Shown here piece by piece: positions 9,860-17,551 of a stretch of DNA of 22,948 bases (positions are counted from its first letter, which is position 1; every line of letters begins with the position of its first letter). The stretch covers positions 1 through 22,948 of the forward strand of contig JBKJLC010000092.1 in assembly GCA_046597055.1 (NCBI GenBank), in the 5' to 3' direction. The translations under genes and the position numbers were made by a program. Under the pieces are notes generated by a model that was not told the DNA's origin, did not search any database, and saw only the letters and a list, made by a program, of their open reading frames with translations. Source of the DNA: Kofleriaceae bacterium. Its GTDB lineage: Bacteria; Myxococcota_A; Polyangia; Haliangiales; Haliangiaceae.

Positions 9860-10390
9860 CTAGACGACCACCCCGTCCCAGCGCGTCTCCCACTTCTGCG
9901 GGTGGAAGTCGGGGATGGGCAGGGGCGTCAGGCGGTCGCATCCGTCGCGCCAGAAGCCGCGAAAGGGCAGCTTCTCGCCGGTGAGGTAGGCGTGCTCGAG
10001 GTACGCGTAGTCGCAGGCGGCGAAGTCGGATAGCCACTGATCGAGATCGTGCACGCCGGCGTCGTGGAAGAGCTGCATCGACAGCCGGCATGCGCCGGTC
10101 TCGTACGTGTGGAGCGCGGCCAGCGCCGCTGGGTCCCACGGGCCCCGATGCTGACCGACCTCGCGGGCCTCGGTCGACAGGTTCCACTGCACGGTGTGGC
10201 CGAACAGGTGGACGAGGATGAACAGCGCGCTCTCGGCGTCGAGATCGTAGTCGATGTGGATCTCGGCGCCGTCGAGGTCGCCGGTGAACGGCGCCGGCAC
10301 GTCGCGGAGCCGCACCGGCACCCCCCAGCGGTCCTCGACCAGCCGCTCGACCCGCGCGTAGACCTCGGCGAAGCGCTCGGGCGTGGTCAT
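9860..10390 (-). CDS. Hypothetical protein with an HxxxH (HLFGH) motif, zincin/ImmA-IrrE-like (176 aa); last gene of the pspA-like operon
   Basis: FTGDLDGAEIHID...LFILVHLFGHTVQW...YETGACR. Starts 8 nt after the upstream stop. Confidence 0.75.
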   Translation of the reverse strand: MTTPERFAEVYARVERLVEDRWGVPVRLRDVPAPFTGDLDGAEIHIDYDLDAESALFILVHLFGHTVQWNLSTEAREVGQHRGPWDPAALAALHTYETGACRLSMQLFHDAGVHDLDQWLSDFAACDYAYLEHAYLTGEKLPFRGFWRDGCDRLTPLPIPDFHPQKWETRWDGVVV

Positions 10391-10398
10391 GAGCGCCG

Positions 10399-10683
10399 CT
10401 ACTTGATCGCGCGGTGGACCTTGGCCTGCGCCATGTCGTGCAGGACCTGCATCACCGAGTAGGCAGCCAGCTCGGCGAGCAGCTTGGTGACCTTGACGTG
10501 CTGGGCGTCGGACAGCTCGGCCTCGATCGCGCGCATCGCGGACTTGAGGTTGGCCTCCTGCTTCGACAGCTCGTTCTCGTCGACGTGGCCGTCGGCGATC
10601 GCCTGGGTGAAGTGCTCGAGCTGGGCGACGTGGTCATCCAGGCTGGGGTGGTCGTCGTCGTCGATCCAGTTTGCGCGGGCCAT
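10399..10683 (-). CDS. Small acidic alpha-helical hypothetical protein (94 aa) with an ADG-x-V-D-x-x-E loop
   Basis: C-terminal part of ORF 10399..12447 from ATG 10683 (MARANWIDDDDHPSLDDH...AIADGHVDENEL...). AAAGG RBS-like sequence upstream and strong GC3 bias. Confidence 0.85.
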   Translation of the reverse strand: MARANWIDDDDHPSLDDHVAQLEHFTQAIADGHVDENELSKQEANLKSAMRAIEAELSDAQHVKVTKLLAELAAYSVMQVLHDMAQAKVHRAIK

Positions 10684-10695
10684 GGTGTGTGCCTT

Positions 10696-10713
10696 TCGTC
10701 GTCGTCGTCGTCG
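10696..10713. repeat. (TCG)6 / (CGA)6 trinucleotide simple repeat in the intergenic leader
   Basis: TCGTCGTCGTCGTCGTCG directly abutting the RBS of the 94-aa gene. Confidence 0.85.
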
Positions 10714-10739
10714 GTCGTCGGGGCGGAAGTCGGCTGCGG

Positions 10740-12614
10740 TCAGCGGCCTTCGATGATCTGCTTGATCGCGGTCGCGCGCTCCTGGGCGCGCTCGCGGCCA
10801 CCGAGCTTGTCGAGCTTCTCGCGCTTGGCTGGCGGCAAGAACTCGGCGTCGGTGCACTCGATGATGGCGACGAGCTCCTGCAGCTCGCGCTCGAGGCTCT
10901 GGGTCGAGGGCATGAAGCCCTCGAGCGCCTTGGCCAGGGCCTCCTTGGTGATCGTGGGCGCGCCCGCGATCAGCGAGGTCCGCCAGGCCCGGCCCACGAC
11001 GCCCTCGATGTCGGCGCCCGACAGGTTGCCCTTGTGCGGGAACTCGGTCGGGATGTCGGCATCGGCCAGGGTCGCGCCCGCCTTCCGGGCCAGCACCGAG
11101 AACATCACGCGCAGCTCGGAGTCCTCGGTCGGGTAGAACAGCGGGATGTGGATCTCGGCGCGGCCTTGGCGCTTGATGTCGATCGGCAGGAGGTCGGGGC
11201 GCGCGGTCAGCAGCATCCAGATGATCTTGCCGCGGTAGCGAGTGTCCCCCATCTGGTTGGCGATCATCCCGAAGATGCGGGCGCCGACCCCGGAGTCGCC
11301 GCTGTTCTCGCGGTCGCCGAGCATGGTGTCGGCCTCGTCGACGATCACGACCACCGGGCCCATCGAGCGCAAGACGCCGAGCACGCGCTCGAGGTTGCCC
11401 TCGGACTCGCCGACATACTTCGACCGGAAGTTCTTGAGCACCACCGCCGGCACGCCGATCGAACCGGCCACGCAGGTGGCCAGGAACGACTTGCCGGTGC
11501 CGACCGGCCCGCAGAACAGGTAGCCCATCGGCACCGAGTCGAGCTGGCCGCGCTTGATCAGCTCGGCGTCGTCGAGCAGCCGGCGCTTGGCGACCTCGTG
11601 GCCGACCACGGTGTCGAGCCCCCACTTGGGCTCGACGAACTCGAGCATCCCCGTCGCCTGGCGCTCGATCAGGCGCTTCTTGAGATCGCGGAAGTAGACC
11701 GGGTCGAGCCGGCGGCCGCCCTCGCGGGCCGATCGGATCAGCACCTCGAGGTCGGTGAGCGCGATGCCGGCGGTGAGCCGGCCCAGCTCGGCGGTGCCGT
11801 AGTCGGAGAAGGTGGCGACGTCGAGGCCCTGGGTCGCGTAGGCGAGGAAGGCCTGGCGCTCCTCGGCGACCGGCAACGGCACCTCGATCGCGGCGACGTG
11901 CGGGTTGGCGACCAGGCGCTCGCTGATATCGGTCAGGCGGGCGTCGATCATCACGAACGCCAGGTTGAGCCGCTTCACGTACGGCGACGACGCCCAGTTG
12001 AGCAGCGTCACCAGGTGGGTCTGATCGTTGAGGCTCAGCCGGTCGCCGCGCGCGGCGACGTACGACGCGTGATCGATCACGATCGCCGCCGACAGCCGCT
12101 TGCCCGGGTCGGCCATGATGTTCTTCTGGATGAACAGGTCGAGCGCGGCCAGGCTGGTGGTCGGGTCCCGCTTGATCTGCCGGACGTCGCCGAGCATCCG
12201 GTTGATCTTCTCGACCATGTCCTGCAGCCGCTTGGCGTTGGGCCCGGCCAGGCAGCGCAGGCCGCGGGCCAGGTCGTAGTGCAGGATCACGTCCCAGCGG
12301 CCGAACAGCTGGTCGGCGAGGAACTCGGCCAGGCCGCCCCAGCGGGTGCCGTCGGCGTTCATGCGCACGAGATCGAAGACGTTGCCGTGGATGACGAACG
12401 CCGAGGTCGTTCCCGAGAAGTACAGCTCGGCCAGCTTGGCGGCCCAACCCGGGAAGTGGGGCGGCAGGCTGCTGGCCCGGGTCACCCCCTCGGTGCCGGC
12501 CAGGGTCTTGTTCTCGGCCACCGGCGTGGTCGCCGCGGTCGGCACCGCCACCGGCGTGGTCGCGGCCAACGGCGCCGGCGGGGCGGGCGGTACGGTGCTG
12601 GTCGGAACGCTCAT
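10740..12614 (-). CDS. Classic-clade AAA+ ATPase (degenerate N-terminal AAA-like region + intact C-terminal AAA module; SpoVK/Ycf46/Vps4 family), 624 aa
   Basis: Walker A GYLFCGPVGTGKS, pore loop SKYVGESEGNL, Walker B VVIVDEAD, SRH TARPDLLPIDIKRQGR, LSGADIE lid. Pro/Thr/Ala N-terminal tail. ATG overlaps the upstream stop. Confidence 0.93.
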   Translation of the reverse strand: MSVPTSTVPPAPPAPLAATTPVAVPTAATTPVAENKTLAGTEGVTRASSLPPHFPGWAAKLAELYFSGTTSAFVIHGNVFDLVRMNADGTRWGGLAEFLADQLFGRWDVILHYDLARGLRCLAGPNAKRLQDMVEKINRMLGDVRQIKRDPTTSLAALDLFIQKNIMADPGKRLSAAIVIDHASYVAARGDRLSLNDQTHLVTLLNWASSPYVKRLNLAFVMIDARLTDISERLVANPHVAAIEVPLPVAEERQAFLAYATQGLDVATFSDYGTAELGRLTAGIALTDLEVLIRSAREGGRRLDPVYFRDLKKRLIERQATGMLEFVEPKWGLDTVVGHEVAKRRLLDDAELIKRGQLDSVPMGYLFCGPVGTGKSFLATCVAGSIGVPAVVLKNFRSKYVGESEGNLERVLGVLRSMGPVVVIVDEADTMLGDRENSGDSGVGARIFGMIANQMGDTRYRGKIIWMLLTARPDLLPIDIKRQGRAEIHIPLFYPTEDSELRVMFSVLARKAGATLADADIPTEFPHKGNLSGADIEGVVGRAWRTSLIAGAPTITKEALAKALEGFMPSTQSLERELQELVAIIECTDAEFLPPAKREKLDKLGGRERAQERATAIKQIIEGR

Positions 12615-13504
12615 TTTTGCATCACCCCGGTGACGTCGGTCCCGAGGATCGACGGCGCCTCATCGCTGTCCGAGCCGAGCCCGGTGATCGCCTGCAGCTC
12701 GCGGATGGTCTGCTCGGTCTGGGTCATCCCGTCGGCGACCGCGTCGACCTGGATCGACAGCTCGTTGGGATCCTGGTGGCTGATCGCCATCTCGGTCATC
12801 GCCTGGATCTTGTTCTCGATCCGGTCGAGCTCGACCGAGACGAACTCGGAGTTCGAGCGCGCCTTTTCGTAGTTGTCGAGGCGGAGCTGGGCGGTCGCCA
12901 CGCTGTCGACGATCGAGCGCAGGATCCGCTGGTCGCCCTTCTGCTCGGCGGCGACCTGCTTCTTGGTGAGCTCCTCGAGCTGGGTCGTGATCGCCGGGCC
13001 GTTGGCAGCCTGCAGGAAGCGGGTGAGCGCCTGCTGCGACAGCAGCAGCTTGAGGAACACCCACAGCAGGCGGTCGAGCGCCGGCGCGCGCAGCTCGGCG
13101 GCGGCGCCGCTCTCGTCGCGGGTCTCGCCGCGGACCGCGTTGGCGATCCGCTGCATCTCGACGCAGCGGGCGCGCACGCGCAGGAACCGGTTGCGCCGCT
13201 CGGCGTCGAGCGACCCGAGGATGTCGGTCAGCTTCTTCTGGGTGGTCGCCTTGGGCGGCGCGCTGCCGGTGCCGAGGCCGCGCTGCTCGCTGTGGGCCTT
13301 GGCGTCGATGGCGCCCTGGAAGCGGGGCAGGGTGGTGAGGCCAGCCAGATAGGCCAGCTCGCCGGCCGCGATCAGCGGCAGCACGATGTCGGGGCTGGGC
13401 GACAGCAGCGCGGCGGCGGCGGCGCCGCCGAACAGCAGCAGGTTCCAGCGATAGAGGAACGCCTCCTTGAGGTAGCGCGTCCACCCCGCCTTTTTCTTCG
13501 CCAT
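12611..13504 (-). CDS. Membrane-anchored coiled-coil protein (N-terminal hydrophobic hairpin + long helical domain), 297 aa
   Basis: Hydrophobic WNLLLFGGAAAAALLS...IVLPLIAAGELAYLAGL, then heptad-rich helices (ELDRIENKIQAMTEMA). Overlaps both neighbouring genes. Confidence 0.88.
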   Translation of the reverse strand: MAKKKAGWTRYLKEAFLYRWNLLLFGGAAAAALLSPSPDIVLPLIAAGELAYLAGLTTLPRFQGAIDAKAHSEQRGLGTGSAPPKATTQKKLTDILGSLDAERRNRFLRVRARCVEMQRIANAVRGETRDESGAAAELRAPALDRLLWVFLKLLLSQQALTRFLQAANGPAITTQLEELTKKQVAAEQKGDQRILRSIVDSVATAQLRLDNYEKARSNSEFVSVELDRIENKIQAMTEMAISHQDPNELSIQVDAVADGMTQTEQTIRELQAITGLGSDSDEAPSILGTDVTGVMQK

Positions 13505-14646
13505 CAGTCACCTCCCCGCTGCGACGACTCGAGGCGATCGATGATCTCCTTGATCTCGTAGGCGGTCTCCTGGAACTTCGGGTCGCGCAGCATCTCCTTG
13601 GCCGGCCGGTCGGGCGGCGGGATCTTGACCTCCTTGAGGATGGTGCCGGGCGACGACGAGAAGATCAGGATGTGGTCGCCGAGGTAGACCGCCTCCTCGA
13701 CCGAGTGGGTGATGAAGAACACCGTCGGCGATTGCTCGCGCCACAGCTCGATCAGGAGGTCTTGCATCCGCGCGCGGGTGGGCGGATCGAGCGCGCCGAA
13801 CGGCTCGTCCATCAGGATGATCCGCGGCTCGAGGATCAGCGTGCGCGCGATCGCGACCCGCTGGCGCATGCCGCCCGACAGCTCGCTCGGGTACTTGTCC
13901 GCGTCCTTCTTGGGCGACAGGCCGACCTTGCCCAGCCAGACCCGCGCGCGGTCGAGGCGCTCGCTCTTGCCCATGCCCCGGCACTCGAGGCCGAACGCGA
14001 TGTTCTCGAGCACGGTGCGGTTGTCGAACGAGGTGTAGTCCTGGAAGACCATGCCGCGGTCGGCGCCGGGGCCGCTGATGACCTTGCCGTCGACCAGCAC
14101 GGTCCCCGAGGTCTGCGGGAACTGCGGCATCAGGCCGGCGATCATGCGGATCACGGTCGACTTGCCGCAGCCCGACGGCCCCAGGATCGGCACCATCTCG
14201 CCGCGGCCGGGGTGATCGTCGATCCGGAACGAGACGTCCTTGATCGCCGTGAACTTGCCGTAGCTCTTGGTGACCTTGTCGAACACGACCACGGGCACCG
14301 GCGCCGCCGGGGACAGCGGCTTCATCCGCGGTTCGCCGCCGGTGATGTGCTCGCCGGCGGGCCTGGCGCTCGCGGTCGCAGCCGGCGCCGGCTGGGCCGG
14401 GCTGGCCTTGGCGGCGGCCGGCGGGGCCGCGGGAGCGCGGGCCACCGGCGCAGGCAGCGGCGGCTCACCGGCGAGCTCGCGCTCGAGCGCCGCGAGCGCG
14501 GCCTCGGCCGCGACTGGATCGACCGGCTCGCGGGCCGGCTGCGTGGGCCTGGTCAGCGGCGTCGCCGGCGGATCCGTGCCGCCGGGGCCGACGGCAACCG
14601 GGGGCGCGCCCGCGGGCGGGGGCTTGTGGGAGTCGTCGGCGCTCAC
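13504..14646 (-). CDS. ABC transporter ATP-binding protein, NitT/TauT (TauB/SsuB-like) family, with a ~115-aa Pro/Ala-rich N-terminal extension
   Basis: Walker A GPSGCGKST, Q-loop GMVFQ, signature LSGGMRQR, Walker B/D-loop ILMDEPFGALD, H-loop FITHSVEEA. GTG start at 14646 overlaps the permease stop. Confidence 0.95.
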   Translation of the reverse strand: MSADDSHKPPPAGAPPVAVGPGGTDPPATPLTRPTQPAREPVDPVAAEAALAALERELAGEPPLPAPVARAPAAPPAAAKASPAQPAPAATASARPAGEHITGGEPRMKPLSPAAPVPVVVFDKVTKSYGKFTAIKDVSFRIDDHPGRGEMVPILGPSGCGKSTVIRMIAGLMPQFPQTSGTVLVDGKVISGPGADRGMVFQDYTSFDNRTVLENIAFGLECRGMGKSERLDRARVWLGKVGLSPKKDADKYPSELSGGMRQRVAIARTLILEPRIILMDEPFGALDPPTRARMQDLLIELWREQSPTVFFITHSVEEAVYLGDHILIFSSSPGTILKEVKIPPPDRPAKEMLRDPKFQETAYEIKEIIDRLESSQRGGD

Positions 14647-15677
14647 AGGTCCTTCCGGTACTGGAAGATGCCCTTCTGGAAGAACCGGAACGTCCAGTCG
14701 ACCAGGTAGGCGAGGATGCCGATGATGAACAGCAGCAGGTAGTTCTGCTCGGTCAGCGCGGCGCGCTCGCCCTGGTTGATCATGTAGCCGAGGCCGGCCT
14801 TTGCGTTGATCACCTCGGCCAGCATGATGTAGCCGAGCGCGAGCCCGAACAGGAACCGGATGCCGGTGATGATCTCCGGCAGCGCGAGCGGGAACAGGAC
14901 CTTGTAGATGATCTGCCAGCGGCTCGCGCCCAGCGTCTGCGCGGTCTCGACGTAGCGTTCGGGCACCAGCGAGATCGCCTTGACGGTGTCGGAGAAGATG
15001 AATGGCACCGACGCGATGAAGATGAACATGACCTTCTGCCGCTCGTCGATGCCGAACAGGACGAGGGTGATCGGGATGAGCGCCGCGAGCGGCAGGCTGC
15101 GGCCGAACAGCACCAGCGGCTGCAGGAACGCCGCGAGCGCCCGGAACGAGCCGGCCAGGACACCAAAGGCGACACCGACCAGCACCGCCAGGCCGAAGCC
15201 CTTCAGCACGCGCGTCATGGTCGCGATGATGCTGTCGGTGAGCCCGCGCTGATTCAGCTGGCCAAGCGTGCTCTTCTCGGTCGGGCCGGCCTCGGCCGCG
15301 CCGCGGATCGCGCCGCCGTCGTCGTACGAGATGAAGACCTCGCCCGGGCTCGGTAGCTTGCCGCGCGAGATCGGACGCTCGACGCCCTCGCCCCGGGTGA
15401 ACAGGAACCAGATCAGCAAGACCAGCAGGATGCAGCTCAGCCCGAGCAGCTTGGCGAGCACCGCCGGCGGCTCCGCGCGGAGCGTCGTGATCCAGCGCGG
15501 CTTGCGCGGCAGCTCGGGCGCCGCCTCCGGTGCCGGCCCGGCCGGCTTGGCCGCAGCCGGCGCAACCGGAGCCGCCGCGGTCGCCGGCGCAGCCGCGGTG
15601 GGCGCAGCACCTGCCGGCGCAACCGGCGTGGCCGGGTCGCCGGGACCAGTCGGCGGCGGCGGCTTGCCCTGGGTCAT
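14643..15677 (-). CDS. ABC transporter permease, NitT/TauT (TauC/SsuC-like) family, with a Pro/Ala-rich N-terminal extension
   Basis: LPSPGEV motif, several TM helices, EAA loop YVETAQTLGASRWQII, LAEVINAKAGLGYMI. Confidence 0.95.
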   Translation of the reverse strand: MTQGKPPPPTGPGDPATPVAPAGAAPTAAAPATAAAPVAPAAAKPAGPAPEAAPELPRKPRWITTLRAEPPAVLAKLLGLSCILLVLLIWFLFTRGEGVERPISRGKLPSPGEVFISYDDGGAIRGAAEAGPTEKSTLGQLNQRGLTDSIIATMTRVLKGFGLAVLVGVAFGVLAGSFRALAAFLQPLVLFGRSLPLAALIPITLVLFGIDERQKVMFIFIASVPFIFSDTVKAISLVPERYVETAQTLGASRWQIIYKVLFPLALPEIITGIRFLFGLALGYIMLAEVINAKAGLGYMINQGERAALTEQNYLLLFIIGILAYLVDWTFRFFQKGIFQYRKDL

Positions 15678-17452
15678 TGCGCCTCGGCCGGGACTACCTT
15701 CACTTCAACCCGCCGGTTCTTGGCGTGGTTGGTCGGATCGGTCGAGTCCGCCGGGCGGCCCCAGCCAAGGCCGTTGACGGTGAACTGGTTCACCGGCAGC
15801 TGGAACTTGTTGATGAGCGCCTGCTTGACCGCGTTGGCGCGCTCGAAGCTGAGCTGCTCGACCAGCTTGGCGTCGGCGGTGCCCTTCATGGATCCGTCGG
15901 TGTGGCCCTCGATCAGGATGCGGGCCGCGCCGTACTGCTTGGACAGCTTGGCGACCTCCTCGACCACGAAGTCGACGTTGGCGTCGTACGGCAGCTCCTT
16001 CATCGAGCCGTCGCCCATCCGCTTCTCGACCTTCTTGTAGAGGTCGCTCGAGTTCGGGAAGAACTGCACGACGACGGTCTTGGTGAGGATGGTCGACTCG
16101 ACCTGGATGCCGTCGGCGGCGACCGGCGCGAACGCGACCTCGTACTCGTTCTTCTGCTTGGCGTACTTCGGGTCCTCGCCGAGCTTCTTGATCACGGAGA
16201 AGTCCATGATCTGGTCGAAGTCGACCTTCTGCGTGACCGCGCCGACCGCCTTGTAGAGCAGGAACGCCGTGTTGTACGTGCGCTCGAAGTTGGTCGGGTT
16301 GTTGGCGTTCATGAAGAACTCGCGGTTCTCCGCGTAGTTGGTCCAGTGGGCGTCGCCGAGCATGCCGAAGGTCTCGTCGGGCGGGATGCCGTAGCCGTCG
16401 GACATCCACTTGGCGACCTGCTGCTTGGCCGGCTCGTCCTTGAGCGCCTCGGTGCCGTCGAGGATGCCGCGGACCATGCCCTCGATGATGTCGGGGTTGT
16501 CGCGGGCGAAGTCGGCGCGCGCGAACCACACGTCGGCGATGAGGTGGTTGGCCTGCAGGGTCGACACCAGCAGCTTGTTGCCGGGGATCTTCTCGGCGAT
16601 GCGGTAGATGTCGGGCGCCCACGAGACGCAGGCCGACAGATCCTTCTGAGTCGCGAACGCGCGCGCTGCCTGGAAGGCGTCCTGGGTGAAGACCATCTCC
16701 ACCTCGTCGGGCTGCACGCCGCCGTTGAGCAGCGCGTTGAGCAGGAAGTAGTGCGAGGGCGAGTTCTCGGCGAGCACGATCTTCTTGCCGCGCAGGTCCG
16801 AGATGGTCTTGATGGTGTCGCGCACGACGATGCCGTCGCCGCCGTTGGACCAGTCAACCTGATGGAACACGCGCGGCATCGTGCGCGGGTCCTTCTTCAG
16901 GCCCTCGACCAGGAGCGGCAGCATGTCGACGGTCGCCCAGCCGATGTGGACCTCGCCGGCCGCGAACGCGTTGCGCATCTGGATCGGGTTGTCGATCAGG
17001 ACCAGCTCGATCTTGAACGACCCGCCCTTGGCGTCCTTCCACTCCTTCTTGGGCTTGAAGCCCTGGTTGGCGTAGATGATCGGCGCCCAGCCGGCCCATA
17101 CGTTGATCGCGAACTTGACGACGCGATCCTTGCCGATCGCCTTGAAGTCCGAGGTGCCCGGCACCGGCGGCAGCTTCTCGGAGGGGGCGTACTCGTAGGA
17201 CTTCGCGGTGGTGACGCCGTCGAGCGTGTTGAGATCTTCGACGATGCCGGTCGCGGCGGTGCCGGTGGCGGTGCCGGTACCGCCCGCCTGCTTCTTGATG
17301 TCGTCGATGTTGACCTTCTGGCTGCCCGCGGTGGTGCCGGTCTCCTTCTTCTTTCCCGAGCAGCGCAGGAAGGCGAAGCCGACCAGGCCCGCGATGATGA
17401 CGAGGACGGCGATGAAGAACGTGGGCTTCGGCTTGCTACCAGGTGCGCTCAT
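15674..17452 (-). CDS. Membrane-anchored ABC substrate-binding protein (NMT1/SsuA-like) fused to a C-terminal OmpA-like peptidoglycan-binding domain (592 aa)
   Basis: N-terminal TM FFIAVLVIIAGLVGFAFL; SBP motifs WAGWAP, DWSNGGDGIV, ISDLRGKKI; OmpA-C motifs F.PNSS, IEGHTD, LSFERANAVK, GLGWGRP, NRRVEV. Confidence 0.92.
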   Translation of the reverse strand: MSAPGSKPKPTFFIAVLVIIAGLVGFAFLRCSGKKKETGTTAGSQKVNIDDIKKQAGGTGTATGTAATGIVEDLNTLDGVTTAKSYEYAPSEKLPPVPGTSDFKAIGKDRVVKFAINVWAGWAPIIYANQGFKPKKEWKDAKGGSFKIELVLIDNPIQMRNAFAAGEVHIGWATVDMLPLLVEGLKKDPRTMPRVFHQVDWSNGGDGIVVRDTIKTISDLRGKKIVLAENSPSHYFLLNALLNGGVQPDEVEMVFTQDAFQAARAFATQKDLSACVSWAPDIYRIAEKIPGNKLLVSTLQANHLIADVWFARADFARDNPDIIEGMVRGILDGTEALKDEPAKQQVAKWMSDGYGIPPDETFGMLGDAHWTNYAENREFFMNANNPTNFERTYNTAFLLYKAVGAVTQKVDFDQIMDFSVIKKLGEDPKYAKQKNEYEVAFAPVAADGIQVESTILTKTVVVQFFPNSSDLYKKVEKRMGDGSMKELPYDANVDFVVEEVAKLSKQYGAARILIEGHTDGSMKGTADAKLVEQLSFERANAVKQALINKFQLPVNQFTVNGLGWGRPADSTDPTNHAKNRRVEVKVVPAEAQ

Positions 17453-17524
17453 GGGTCACTTCTCCGGTCGCGGGCGAAGAGCCCGCGAGCAGTACACGAC
17501 GAACGACGGAACGGCGGACGAGGA

Positions 17525-17545
17525 CGGCGCGGGGCGGCCGCGCCG
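17525..17545 (-). terminator. Perfect 8-bp GC hairpin 6 nt after the pspA-like stop; possible mRNA stabiliser or leaky terminator
   Basis: CGGCGCGG (17525-17532), 5-nt loop, CCGCGCCG (17538-17545). On the minus strand it is followed by a pyrimidine-rich tract rather than poly-U. Confidence 0.45.
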
Positions 17546-17551
17546 GGCGGG

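Noticed and set aside
17360..17420. Lipoprotein signal in the SBP (FAFLRC)
   Set aside because: The residues before Cys do not fit the L-(A/S)-(A/G)-C lipobox; treated as an uncleaved TM anchor.
13504..17452. Naming the ABC genes tauABC/ssuABC/nrt
   Set aside because: The family resemblance is clear, but the OmpA fusion and PspA/AAA context give no support for a specific substrate.
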